Virus record (IMG/VR): IMGVR_UViG_3300028384_000897
Location: 1-54,784 of that record
Source of the DNA: a virus
Taxonomy: Duplodnaviria; Caudoviricetes
Length of the DNA stretch: 54,784 nucleotides
Direction: 5' to 3' (one strand)
The notes below the pieces were generated by a model. The model worked only from the letters and a program-made list of their open reading frames with translations, did no database searches and was not told the origin of the DNA. How positions within the stretch are numbered: position 1 is the stretch's first letter; every line of letters begins with the position of its first letter. The translations under genes were made by a program, and so were the position numbers. This document shows, in pieces, positions 1 to 8,890 of this stretch.

Positions 1-783
1 GCTTTCTTCAGTGCTTTCATCCTCAGAGTTTTCAGTTTCTGAACTTTCAGAGCTTTCTTCGCTTTCGTTGCTTGAATCAGACCCTTCTTCTCCTGACGAA
101 TTATCATCGCCGCTATCTCCATCCCCAGAAGAGTTATCTGAATCTGAAGAACCACTGTCATTATCCGAGCCAGAAGACCCACTCTGATCGTCACCCCCTC
201 CTGAGTCGCTACCGCCAGAAGAGTCTCCTCCTCCACTGTTTCCGGAATCGCTTCCTCCTGAGTTATCGTTACCAGAAGATCCTGAAGACCCTCCTGAGCT
301 ATCTCCGCCCCCAGAGCTTGAGCTTCCTGAGGAGTTACTTCCTGAGTTAGATGAGCTTCCTCCTGTATTTGTTGATCCTGTGTTTCCATTTGTATTTGTA
401 TTAGTTGAACCTGTGTTAGTACTACCAGTATTATTCGTAGCATTAGATGTAGCATTATTAGCTGCATTAGTTGCGTTTGAAGTTGCGTTGTTAGTAGTTT
501 GTTGAGTAGTAGTTGTATTAGCTTGTCCTGTGGAGCATGGAGACAATGCTTGCCACCATTGGTACGTTTCCTCTAACCAAGCCTGTAAGGTACCGTTTGT
601 AAATTCTGCTGCCGTAAATACTCTAGATTTGTTATAAAAAGCAACAACAGTAGATCCGTTTATATCTACTGAAAATACTTTTACTTCTCCAGTACATCTA
701 TCTGTATAGGTCTGAACAAGGGCCTGTGAATGGCCCTTGAACATCCCCATCGCAGCAATTACTAAGAACAGTAACCATCTCAT
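1..783 (-). CDS. Secreted protein with long Asn/Thr, Gly/Ser and Asp/Glu low-complexity tract (partial, runs off the window edge)
   Basis: Not in the ORF track. ATG at 783 reads MRWLLFLVIAAMGMFKGHSQALVQTYTDRCTGEV..., a signal peptide, then TNNATSNATN/GSSGGSSG/EESSE repeats, open to base 1. Confidence 0.85.
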   Translation of the reverse strand, partial: MRWLLFLVIAAMGMFKGHSQALVQTYTDRCTGEVKVFSVDINGSTVVAFYNKSRVFTAAEFTNGTLQAWLEETYQWWQALSPCSTGQANTTTTQQTTNNATSNATNAANNATSNATNNTGSTNTGSTNTNTNGNTGSTNTGGSSSNSGSNSSGSSSSGGGDSSGGSSGSSGNDNSGGSDSGNSGGGDSSGGSDSGGGDDQSGSSGSDNDSGSSDSDNSSGDGDSGDDNSSGEEGSDSSNESEESSESSETENSEDESTEES

Positions 784-788
784 AACAC

Positions 789-1505
789 TTAGTGATCAAA
801 TATTTTCTTGCGTATCATTCTCTTTACGATCTTAGCAACTGCTGTCTCTAAAGCTTTACGTGTTGAGATACCAATCGATGATTGATTAAATTGAACTTCA
901 TCAAGATTTTGATCATTAAGTAATGTTACTTCCCTAGTAGTTTTTGCGAGTCCTAAACCTGAACCGGTCATATATAGTCCAGTTTGTGCGTCGACCATTT
1001 TAACTTGAAGTCCAAGTCTGGTCACAAGAGTATTCTTTACTCCGTCTTTTAAATTAATAGTTTCATCTTCTGATATAGAAAAATCATATATTTCAACATA
1101 AGCGAAATACCGAGCAAGAGTAATTTTTCCTCTAATCTCTATTTCATTAGCTGTAAATCCTTTTTGAGAAGCTTTAAACTGTACAACCATACGGTCTTTA
1201 ATCTCCTCTTTAGTTTCTACAAACTCAAATCTAAAAGTTTCATCTAAAAATGCTACAGTAATATTCGTTAGACCTAAGCCTACACGATAATCCCCAAGTT
1301 CTGGGTACTGTGCTAAAATGTCATCTGTTAAACCTACGTTTAGAAGAGCTACTGGTACTGGATCACCGAAGTATTCTGGAATTGAATATAGCGAGGCCTG
1401 TCTTTCAAATTCCGCTTGATAATCCTCAGTAGTGGTCTTTCCAACGACTTGTCCGTTAATAAATCCTATATTAAATAATAATATAAGAAATATTCTAATT
1501 GCCAA
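789..1505 (-). CDS. CsgG/HfaB-like envelope protein
   Basis: Signal peptide from a probable TTG start at 1505 (the ORF track extends to 1532). FEFVE and RLGLQVKMVDAQTG..GSG motifs and a C-terminal RKALETAV helix resemble the CsgG family. Confidence 0.6.
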   Translation of the reverse strand: MAIRIFLILLFNIGFINGQVVGKTTTEDYQAEFERQASLYSIPEYFGDPVPVALLNVGLTDDILAQYPELGDYRVGLGLTNITVAFLDETFRFEFVETKEEIKDRMVVQFKASQKGFTANEIEIRGKITLARYFAYVEIYDFSISEDETINLKDGVKNTLVTRLGLQVKMVDAQTGLYMTGSGLGLAKTTREVTLLNDQNLDEVQFNQSSIGISTRKALETAVAKIVKRMIRKKIFDH

Positions 1506-1722
1506 GAGTATCGAAGACCCCGAACGTAGCATTGTCTAAGTCAGCTTGTCCTGTAAGTAATCCTATTACAAGAGTAAACCACCCGACAATAAAAAGTGTA
1601 AATAAGCCAGCTACCCAAGCTAGCAAAAAAGCTTGCCAAATTTTTAGTGCTAAAGTTGGCTGCTTGAAAATATCTTCATATATTTCAATGAAAGGGTTTG
1701 CGAAAAAGTTAATTACATTCAT
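1495..1722 (-). CDS. Small membrane protein
   Basis: Long hydrophobic segment. ATG at 1722 is the more plausible start than 1785. Confidence 0.7.
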   Translation of the reverse strand: MNVINFFANPFIEIYEDIFKQPTLALKIWQAFLLAWVAGLFTLFIVGWFTLVIGLLTGQADLDNATFGVFDTLGN

Positions 1723-1738
1723 AGTTTTTAATTTAAGG

Positions 1739-1996
1739 TTACCAATCAAATTCTTTCTTCTTAGGAGGTTCCGGTTTTGCGACAACTGGGACCTCTTTTT
1801 TTTGTAGAACTACAATAGTATCTTTGCTGCTTTCTTTTATTGGTTCAGATACTACCTCTTGTTTTACTTCGTCATCACTGTCGAAGATTTTTTCCATATT
1901 AGCAATAAAAAGTCCACCTGCAGTTGTTATAGCTAAGGTTACGACTCCTATTATTGCTTTTTTAATTTCTCCAAATGAGTTTTCTTTATCTGCCAT
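1739..1996 (-). CDS. Small single-TM protein
   Basis: AIIGVVTLAITTAGGLFIA hydrophobic helix; tightly packed in the operon. Confidence 0.75.
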   Translation of the reverse strand: MADKENSFGEIKKAIIGVVTLAITTAGGLFIANMEKIFDSDDEVKQEVVSEPIKESSKDTIVVLQKKEVPVVAKPEPPKKKEFDW

Positions 1997-1997
1997 A

Positions 1998-2372
1998 CTA
2001 ATCTATCATTGTAAAGGATTCAATACCTAATACATTATTAAATTGATCAACAATATGTACTTGGTATGAACTCTTATCAAGTGCTGTAGTATAAATGTTA
2101 AGTAAGTTATCTCCTGCTGAAGCAAATACCTTATCTTGTGATACTACTTTACCTGCTATATTAATAATTTTTATTCTGTAGTTTCCTTCGACGTCAAATT
2201 TAGCATTAATTGCAACTTTATTAGTTACAATAGCGCTTTCTAATTTAAGTCCGATAGGATCTACTATTTGTAGAGCTTCAGGAACTTCTTCTATGTAGTT
2301 AAAGTCTTCAAATTCGTCTTTAGTACATCCTAGTACTACAAATAAGGATAAGAGTGTTAATAGTTTTTTCAT
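1998..2372 (-). CDS. Lipoprotein with T9SS C-terminal-sorting-domain-like fold
   Basis: Lipobox VLGC. C-terminus IKIINIAGKVV...GDNLLNIYTTALDKSSYQVHI fits the Por/T9SS type A CTD pattern by eye. Confidence 0.6.
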   Translation of the reverse strand: MKKLLTLLSLFVVLGCTKDEFEDFNYIEEVPEALQIVDPIGLKLESAIVTNKVAINAKFDVEGNYRIKIINIAGKVVSQDKVFASAGDNLLNIYTTALDKSSYQVHIVDQFNNVLGIESFTMID

Positions 2373-2378
2373 TTTATA

Positions 2379-4067
2379 TTAGTATTGGAATTTAACTTTA
2401 GTTCCGTCTGCTTTAACTCCTTCAATAATTTTAAAGCTTATCAGTCCTGCTGTGTTTGTTATGTTTTCATTTGCTGTAAAAATTAATCTATATGGTCTAC
2501 CTGTTTTAACTGATACATCTCCATTATAGTCTAAAGATCCAAAAGAGGCTACATTAGCTTTAACAGTACCGAAGTTAGTCATAGTGTTACCTGTATCATA
2601 AACAATATCATCTAATGTTAGTATGTTATTATCAAATACAATTTTAAATTGAGATCCTGCTAATCCTTCTGTATCTAGGTTTACATCTACATATACTTTA
2701 CCATCCTCTAATGTTGAAGCAATATCTATAGTTTCTGTTACTACTTCTCTGTTAGCAATTATCGAATAAGCTTGTGCATTTCTAGCAGATGTAGATTGAG
2801 CATTTGAATTATTAAAGGTAGGTACTGTTGAATGAGAAAAATCTAAATCTCCTCTTAACCCATGACCAATAGTAAAAGACTTATCATCATCTGTTGCAAT
2901 AAAAGTACGAGCACCCATAAACTCAGATATATCTCCATAAGTATCCATCAATGATGAAAAGTTAAATGCTCCGTTGTCCTTAGAGGTTACATTAGCACTT
3001 GTTGTCACTCCATTTACATGAGCTAATAATTCATAAGAATCATCAAAATTTACTTGACCATCGTTAGTTACTTCTCCTAATATAGCTTGTACTTCATGCT
3101 CCCAATTAGCTGATCCTCCACCAGGTCCGTCTGTAGAGCCTAGAGAGAATTGAAATGCTTTAAAGACATCTGTTACTGTTACTACATCATCTAACCAAGC
3201 TGGGTTACCAGATACGTAAGTATGAACCCATACTTCTTCGTTCAATGTTAAAGTAGCAAGAGAAGTAGTACCGTTAGCGTTAAATGTACCTGTAGTAAAA
3301 GGAGTTTCACCACTCTTAGGTTCTAAACCGTCACTAACACCGTCTCCATCGTAATCAACTTCTTCTAACTGGTTAGCTGTATAGATAGCATATTCGTAAT
3401 CTGATTTATAGTCTGTAGGAATATTCAAGTTTAATGTTACATCTCCTGCTCCAACTCCTCCTGGATCTAAGCCACTGATTTGATGATTATTTGAAGTAAG
3501 TTGGTGTACTGTTCCATCTCTATTGTCTTCGAATTGAGCCCAGTTAATTTGAAAAGCACCAGTATAGTTTTGATAGGGAGTACCTTGTCTATCTAAGATC
3601 TTAAATTTCATATGTACTACTGCATCATATAAGTTAATATCTTCTGATGCTTGAGTAGTAAACCTGGCAACTGAGAAATCATTATCTGAAGGGTATGAAT
3701 TTGAACCAACGGCGGCAGCTCCTCCGTTCCACCATAAAAACTGTCTGTATAAATTAGATGAACTATAGTCAAAATCTTGGCCAAACTTATAACCAGTCCA
3801 ATCTGTGTACGCTGCTTGTTCACCGGTTAATTTATTTAACGGGTCTATAGTATGGCTAACATACTCCAGTAATTTATTATTCCATTGAACGTCAAAACGT
3901 AAAAATGTACCTGGCATAGTCGATTGACCTGAGGGAGGAAACAATTCAAATTTAAGTTCAATTTCATCTCCTACGTTACCATCAGCACCGTAGTTCATAC
4001 CAACGTTAAACTGTTGCCCGAAAGCTACCATTGGTAATGTTAATAGTAAAAATAATAGTTTTTTCAT
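2379..4067 (-). CDS. Secreted protein with cohesin-like domains and dockerin/EF-hand-like motifs
   Basis: Signal peptide MKKLLFLLLTLPMVAFG. FDVQWNNKLLEYV and AGSQFKIVFDNNILTLDDI are cohesin-like. GEVTNDGQVNFDDSYELLAHV is dockerin-like. DYDGDG is a possible Ca-binding loop. Confidence 0.55.
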   Translation of the reverse strand: MKKLLFLLLTLPMVAFGQQFNVGMNYGADGNVGDEIELKFELFPPSGQSTMPGTFLRFDVQWNNKLLEYVSHTIDPLNKLTGEQAAYTDWTGYKFGQDFDYSSSNLYRQFLWWNGGAAAVGSNSYPSDNDFSVARFTTQASEDINLYDAVVHMKFKILDRQGTPYQNYTGAFQINWAQFEDNRDGTVHQLTSNNHQISGLDPGGVGAGDVTLNLNIPTDYKSDYEYAIYTANQLEEVDYDGDGVSDGLEPKSGETPFTTGTFNANGTTSLATLTLNEEVWVHTYVSGNPAWLDDVVTVTDVFKAFQFSLGSTDGPGGGSANWEHEVQAILGEVTNDGQVNFDDSYELLAHVNGVTTSANVTSKDNGAFNFSSLMDTYGDISEFMGARTFIATDDDKSFTIGHGLRGDLDFSHSTVPTFNNSNAQSTSARNAQAYSIIANREVVTETIDIASTLEDGKVYVDVNLDTEGLAGSQFKIVFDNNILTLDDIVYDTGNTMTNFGTVKANVASFGSLDYNGDVSVKTGRPYRLIFTANENITNTAGLISFKIIEGVKADGTKVKFQY

Positions 4068-4534
4068 TATAATTTTAATTTACGTATCAAATCTTCACAG
4101 AGTTTTTTAATTGCTGTCGAGACGTTTGCCTGTGAGAATACCCCGCCTTGATCTATAATTAACGTAGCTGTTGTTACAGATTTAGCTGTTCCTTTAGCTA
4201 CTGCTTTTCTTTTCTTTTTGCCATTAGTATAAACGCCTCTAGCGATTATCTGATAGACATCAATATTTTTTGCAAAAGCTGCCAGTTGAACGTTATTTTT
4301 TTTAACGTCAAAATATAGCAGTTCTACTTCCAGTAAATTATTTGAGTTTGGATTAAGATCATAGCCGAAGTCTTGTACAACTTCTTCTAGTACATTCTTT
4401 ACACCGAATGCTAGGTCACGGTTACCTGCGAGTTCACCGATGACGATACTGTTCTTAACGTCTACTATTTGTAGTTCTTGACCAATTGCTAAGAAACCAA
4501 ATAGAAAACTTAGTAAAAATAATAATATTCTCAT
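4067..4534 (-). CDS. Secreted/periplasmic protein, possibly CsgG/TolB-N-like fold
   Basis: Signal peptide from ATG 4534 (MRILLFLLSFLFGFLAIGQ). First gene of the envelope operon. Confidence 0.7.
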   Translation of the reverse strand: MRILLFLLSFLFGFLAIGQELQIVDVKNSIVIGELAGNRDLAFGVKNVLEEVVQDFGYDLNPNSNNLLEVELLYFDVKKNNVQLAAFAKNIDVYQIIARGVYTNGKKKRKAVAKGTAKSVTTATLIIDQGGVFSQANVSTAIKKLCEDLIRKLKL

Positions 4535-4653
4535 ATAATTACTGCTTTGCGACTGCAACAATTATAAAACGTTTGTAGAAAAACGATTGTAGAAAAACGG
4601 TTAGATAGGTTAGTCGACTTTTTGGTTACCTTTGTCGAATAATCCTGTACATT

Positions 4654-4661
4654 TATAAATA
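4654..4661 (-). promoter_or_regulatory. Putative phage late-type promoter motif TATTTAT(A/T); representative copy
   Basis: The same motif sits upstream of minus-strand genes at 5352, 7595, 9137, 11989, 26479, 32839, 35618, 40914, 46771, 50606, 52236, 54029 and 54086. Confidence 0.65.
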
Positions 4662-4673
4662 TACATATAAAAG

Positions 4674-4700
4674 GAAAAGGGCACTAAAAAGTGCCCCTTT
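4674..4700 (-). terminator. Rho-independent terminator
   Basis: GGGCACT-TTTT-AGTGCCC stem followed by TTTTCCTTTT on the minus strand. Confidence 0.75.
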
Positions 4701-4735
4701 AATCATAAATTTCTTCCTGTAAACCGGAGTATTTT

Positions 4736-4957
4736 CTACTCCAATTTTTTTCCCTGCTTTGGTTGGAAGATTTCGTTAACGTGTCCACATTTGTCACATG
4801 AGAAGACTGGGACGGGGATAAACGATGGCTCTCTTTGTCCTGTAAGGAAGCCTGATACTTGCCTGATAACGAGTGTTTGTCTGAAATACGGTGAACTACA
4901 CTCCTCACATACAACCGGAGTTGTCTTATCAAAGTCAACATTTAGGTTTTGCTGCAT
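4736..4957 (-). CDS. Small zinc-ribbon protein
   Basis: CEEC...CDKCGH motifs. Confidence 0.75.
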   Translation of the reverse strand: MQQNLNVDFDKTTPVVCEECSSPYFRQTLVIRQVSGFLTGQREPSFIPVPVFSCDKCGHVNEIFQPKQGKKLE

Positions 4958-4958
4958 A

Positions 4959-5321
4959 TTACTGGTTATAAAGCCCGTAAGCTTTATTAACGAGATTAGA
5001 TTTTCTAAGAGCAGGGTCTAAATCTTCGCCAAAATCAGCTTTTACAGAATCAATTAGTTGTTGCTTTGTAAGAGCGTTCAGATTAGATTTAGTTGGTTTA
5101 CCTTTTACAGCTGATACAACATCACCTAATTCTGCTTTAACCGCTTTAGCTCTTTTCTTAACTTCAGCAACTACTTCTTTTGCATCTTCAACAGCATCTT
5201 CGACTTCGTCTGGAATGCCGTCTTTGTCGGTGTCTTTGGCTAGTCCGAAAAACTTCGTCCCAACCCATACTGCTCCTGCAACTGCTGCTAAGATCAGTAT
5301 AATAATAAGAATTGTTTTCAT
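4959..5321 (-). CDS. Membrane-anchored protein with DxDxDG motif
   Basis: N-terminal TM helix, DTDKDGIPD, coiled region, HeH-like C-terminus. Confidence 0.75.
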   Translation of the reverse strand: MKTILIIILILAAVAGAVWVGTKFFGLAKDTDKDGIPDEVEDAVEDAKEVVAEVKKRAKAVKAELGDVVSAVKGKPTKSNLNALTKQQLIDSVKADFGEDLDPALRKSNLVNKAYGLYNQ

Positions 5322-5365
5322 GAAAAATTTAATTAATTAACAATTGTTTAAAATAAATAGAAGGG

Positions 5366-5884
5366 TTAAGCTATTTTAGATAAAGGTTTCCAATACGTTC
5401 CGTACTTTTCTTCCATTTCAAAATAGAAGTCAATTAGTTCGTCGGCTTTAGTCTCTACGACCTCTTCCTCGTATTGTTCCTTAGTCATCTTAAACGTGAG
5501 AAGAAACCCTTTCTTAACCTCCTCAAGTTTATTCTTTTCGTCTTTTTCGTAGTCTTCGTTAAGTCTTTTGATTCTTGCTCTATCAATAGAAGTCTGTGAA
5601 TGATACACTCCATAGTCAGGTTCACCTCCAGTAGTCATACATTCTTTGAACTTATCGTTCATTTTATGCTTAGCTAACTCTACTTCTAAGAGATAAGGAC
5701 CCATTTCGAAATCTCCATTAAGTATTTTGTCTTTGAAAAGTGCTCGTTTATCTAGAGGCTTATTCTTAAGAGTATAGCCTCTCCACCACATAAAACGATC
5801 ATATGGTTTCTTGTAATAACGTTGACTCAAAGTCTTTTCCAACTTAGGTTTAGATTGCTTAGGCGAATACGGTAAGTTTATCAT
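5366..5884 (-). CDS. Hypothetical protein
   Basis: 172 aa ORF directly downstream of a host-type promoter. Confidence 0.75.
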   Translation of the reverse strand: MINLPYSPKQSKPKLEKTLSQRYYKKPYDRFMWWRGYTLKNKPLDKRALFKDKILNGDFEMGPYLLEVELAKHKMNDKFKECMTTGGEPDYGVYHSQTSIDRARIKRLNEDYEKDEKNKLEEVKKGFLLTFKMTKEQYEEEVVETKADELIDFYFEMEEKYGTYWKPLSKIA

Positions 5885-5889
5885 ACATA

Positions 5890-5920
5890 TAATATACGAA
5901 CTATATGTAAGAAAACCAAC
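5890..5920 (-). promoter_or_regulatory. Bacteroidota-type (-33/-7) early/middle promoter; representative copy
   Basis: GTTGGTTTTCTTACATATAGTTCGTATATTA. The same ~31-bp architecture occurs at 8829, 11455, 14831, 18223, 22074, 25040, 32281, 37017, 40371, 42279 and 51643, with a partial copy at 9190. Confidence 0.8.
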
Positions 5921-5930
5921 TAAAAACTAA

Positions 5931-6083
5931 TTAATGTTTGTTGGCTATAGAAGCTAAAATATAATGAGCTATATCCTTGCACTGAATTTTTTCTCCATCA
6001 GTAGCAGCAGTTTTTTGATTTCCTAGAAAGGCTTGAGAGCTCTTCTTTCTATAGATTAATTCTGGATTAAGTGGTTTATTCAT
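5931..6083 (-). CDS. Small hypothetical protein (50 aa)
   Basis: Not in the ORF track. MNKPLNPELIYRKK...ANKH fills the gap after the 490-aa gene. Confidence 0.65.
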   Translation of the reverse strand: MNKPLNPELIYRKKSSQAFLGNQKTAATDGEKIQCKDIAHYILASIANKH

Positions 6084-6092
6084 GATATTTTA

Positions 6093-7565
6093 TTATTTTT
6101 GATCTGGTTCTTCTCTGAACACGTTGTTATGTGCTATCATTCTAACATTACTAACTGAAGTATCAATCTTAAAGTTATCGATTGTTTCAACATCCATAGT
6201 AGAGAAACTACCTGTTGGGTTAAAAAGCATTATCGACTCACAAACTAAAGGTAAAAGTGAACCATCATCACCTGGTATATAATGATCACTATCAGTTAGT
6301 TCATCTGCATAATGGTATTTAAATTGATTAGAAGAACTTTGATAGGCTAAAACCTTGAACTTAGGACTTGTATAAATTGGATCTGATCCATTAACAGATA
6401 TACTAGTTATTATACCGCTGATGTCTTGAGTTTCAAATGAATCATCTTCAGCAAATGATGAACTATAAACCGTACCGGCTGGTAATGTTTTACCAGTATG
6501 TACCCAACTGTCTCTGTCTGTAAAGCCAGGAATATGTAAAGAACGTACTCCACTACCAGATCCTAGATCTACTATAGTAGCGGCGGTTCCGTCACTTTGG
6601 ACAACCTTCTCTGTTTCGTATAATCCATATCCTTGGAATACACCGTATTTAGGTCTAGCAGTTCCGAATTCGAAATATCTAGAAACACCGTATTGAGTAT
6701 TTTCCCATCTTGTTGGATCCTCTACTTTAGGTAAGTCTGGGTATTCAGTAATCACTCCATTCTCCATAGAAGAAGATACTACTAAAGTTAAACTCCCTGT
6801 CGGGTAGTTAAATCTAGCATATAATTTAAATGTAGCAACATCTATTGGAGTTAAATCAGCTCCGTAGGCGATTGCGTAGTGTTTAAATGATTCTGCAATT
6901 CCGTTTGCTAATGAAGCACTAGAATAAGAATACTTTAATATGTACTTGTCTTCTTTATTATCGTCAATTAAGTTCTGCCAACTATCGATTGCGTATCCTA
7001 CTTTATGGAAATGAATACCTTGTGAAGTATGTACTTTAGTTTTAGTCACAGCATCTGGTACTCTGTTTGAATTTTCACTTCCTGTTGCAGCACTTAAAGT
7101 ATCTATAATTTCAGTACTATCACTACCACTATAATAGAAAGGAACAGCTAGTGATGATGAATTATATTCGTGAAGTAAGTTTAAAGAAGGGTGCCCAAGT
7201 TTAGCATAAGTTGAGTCTACAATCGCATTTTCATCGTAAGCTAATCTCAATATAAATGCTGAACCTGTATCATCAGGTGTGTTAGGGTATATAGTATCGT
7301 AATCTACTTCATGTCGTCTAAAAGCTGTTATGCCATTAGAAGCAGCTGATGCTGATAAGTTATTTACTATATCGTGTTGAATCGAAGGTTTATATACTAC
7401 GTCTAATTCTGTAATAGAATTATCAGACATGACTGTCCAAAGTCCGGACCAGTCGAGATGAGAGTTATACTGCTCTCCTACAATAACGTCAGTGTTCATC
7501 TCAATATACTTTATTGAGTCTCCATGATCTTTGACAAAATCAAATGATAATAATGTTCCTTTCAT
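6093..7565 (-). CDS. Hypothetical protein: ATP-grasp-like N-terminal motif plus degenerate C-terminal Hint domain
   Basis: SFDFVKDHGDSIKYIEMNTD resembles the glutathionylspermidine-synthase-type D..ExN motif. GLYETEKVVQSDGTAATIVDL...MDVETIDNF...IAHN is Hint-like. Confidence 0.5.
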   Translation of the reverse strand: MKGTLLSFDFVKDHGDSIKYIEMNTDVIVGEQYNSHLDWSGLWTVMSDNSITELDVVYKPSIQHDIVNNLSASAASNGITAFRRHEVDYDTIYPNTPDDTGSAFILRLAYDENAIVDSTYAKLGHPSLNLLHEYNSSSLAVPFYYSGSDSTEIIDTLSAATGSENSNRVPDAVTKTKVHTSQGIHFHKVGYAIDSWQNLIDDNKEDKYILKYSYSSASLANGIAESFKHYAIAYGADLTPIDVATFKLYARFNYPTGSLTLVVSSSMENGVITEYPDLPKVEDPTRWENTQYGVSRYFEFGTARPKYGVFQGYGLYETEKVVQSDGTAATIVDLGSGSGVRSLHIPGFTDRDSWVHTGKTLPAGTVYSSSFAEDDSFETQDISGIITSISVNGSDPIYTSPKFKVLAYQSSSNQFKYHYADELTDSDHYIPGDDGSLLPLVCESIMLFNPTGSFSTMDVETIDNFKIDTSVSNVRMIAHNNVFREEPDQK

Positions 7566-7610
7566 AATAGGTTTTATATAAAATTGTCTATATTAATAAA
7601 TATCGACTAT

Positions 7611-8303
7611 TTAGCGTTTACTCAAATACTCTGATAATTCTTGAGCATAAGATTTATTAAGTTCTGCACTAGCGTGTTCACCATGTAAAATTTTACTGGA
7701 ATACTCTCCTTCAAACTTATTCGGTTCTGATATATTATACATATCGTCGATAAAAGGAGTACTGTAGATTAAATTAATTCCTAACTGTTTACATACTAAA
7801 TCAACAATTAATTTGTTTTTACGAAAATTTAACCAGTCGGTTTGAGGATTAGAGAGCTCTAACATCGCATTATACTTATCGTTATAATCTTCAAAATATC
7901 CCCAAGGATTAGGATGCCAAGGTTGAAAACCAAATTCAGGATCAAAGTACTCTCTTCTATTTGTATAAGTATACATAACAAAACAATACTTAGGTCTAAT
8001 GAGCTGTAACTGAGTAGTAGCTATTCTTGCTATATAATCATTAGAACGTCCTGTAAATCCAAAGTTGATATGCTTCCAATTAAAATGCTGTGCTAAATAA
8101 TGTGGCCAAGTCTCATTGTCACTCACCCCTATACCTTCCGTATGAGAACAGCCGATAGCCACCATATCTATACCGGGAGGATTATCTCCTCTGTAACCTA
8201 AGTCATTATAGGTATAGGTATTTTTTCCGGACTTATCTGAACCTGATGTAGTGAAGGTTTTACCTTTCCTAGATTCTACAGGCCAATATTTCTCACTCGT
8301 CAT
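7611..8303 (-). CDS. SGNH/GDSL-like hydrolase-fold protein
   Basis: AIGCSHTEG block I, NFGFTGRSN block II, C-terminal His. Confidence 0.6.
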   Translation of the reverse strand: MTSEKYWPVESRKGKTFTTSGSDKSGKNTYTYNDLGYRGDNPPGIDMVAIGCSHTEGIGVSDNETWPHYLAQHFNWKHINFGFTGRSNDYIARIATTQLQLIRPKYCFVMYTYTNRREYFDPEFGFQPWHPNPWGYFEDYNDKYNAMLELSNPQTDWLNFRKNKLIVDLVCKQLGINLIYSTPFIDDMYNISEPNKFEGEYSSKILHGEHASAELNKSYAQELSEYLSKR

Positions 8304-8532
8304 CGTTTAGTAACTCCTCTGTAGCTATCTCAAGTGCAAGTAGCAGACTAGTCGAACCGAACTCTTTTTGTATCTCTTCAACACGAGTATGTACCTCAGC
8401 CGCCTTATTGGCTTTAGCCGCACGAGCCATCAATGATAACATCTTTGCTTCTCTGCGTTGTTCAAAAGATTCGTTTGGATCGATTACTCCGTCTTCTACC
8501 AACTCATTATACTTTTTTATTGAATCACTCAT
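8293..8532 (-). CDS. Hypothetical protein
   Basis: 79 aa ORF overlapping the next start. Confidence 0.7.
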   Translation of the reverse strand: MSDSIKKYNELVEDGVIDPNESFEQRREAKMLSLMARAAKANKAAEVHTRVEEIQKEFGSTSLLLALEIATEELLNDDE

Positions 8533-8561
8533 AACTCTTATTTTTGTGTTTTACTTTCCGT

Positions 8562-8693
8562 CTATACTTCTTCTTGTTCTTCACCGGAGTGGGTATCTTC
8601 AATGCCTCCATCCACTCCTGATGTGTGAGTGTTACTTCTTTTAATTGTATTTTCTTCTCCGTTCCACTCATCACAAAAGTAAATAAATTTCAT
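8562..8693 (-). CDS. Small acidic hypothetical protein
   Basis: ATG at 8693 is coupled (TGATG) to the upstream stop. Confidence 0.55.
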   Translation of the reverse strand: MKFIYFCDEWNGEENTIKRSNTHTSGVDGGIEDTHSGEEQEEV

Positions 8694-8824
8694 CAACTGA
8701 ATAATTTTGTTACTAATAAGGTTACTACAAGTCCTATAAAGCTCCATGCAACCATCTTATAACTACTTTCTATTTGTCTAGGGCTTCTTCCTTGTGAAGA
8801 CCTATATTGTCGCTTTTTATCCAT
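8693..8824 (-). CDS. Small membrane protein (43 aa)
   Basis: Not in the ORF track. MDKKRQYRSSQGRSPRQ plus a C-terminal TM helix; immediately follows the promoter at 8829-8860. Confidence 0.7.
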   Translation of the reverse strand: MDKKRQYRSSQGRSPRQIESSYKMVAWSFIGLVVTLLVTKLFS

Positions 8825-8861
8825 ATTATAAATATACGAAAAATAATTCATATATGCAAAC

Positions 8862-8882
8862 AAAAAGAGGGCCGAAGCCCTC
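8862..8882 (-). terminator. Rho-independent terminator
   Basis: GAGGGC-TTCG-GCCCTC-TTTTT. Confidence 0.9.
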
Positions 8883-8890
8883 CTTAAGTT

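Noticed and set aside
4562-4615. Short direct repeats as a mini-CRISPR
   Set aside because: Only two 13-bp copies with a 1-nt gap, no spacers and no cas genes.
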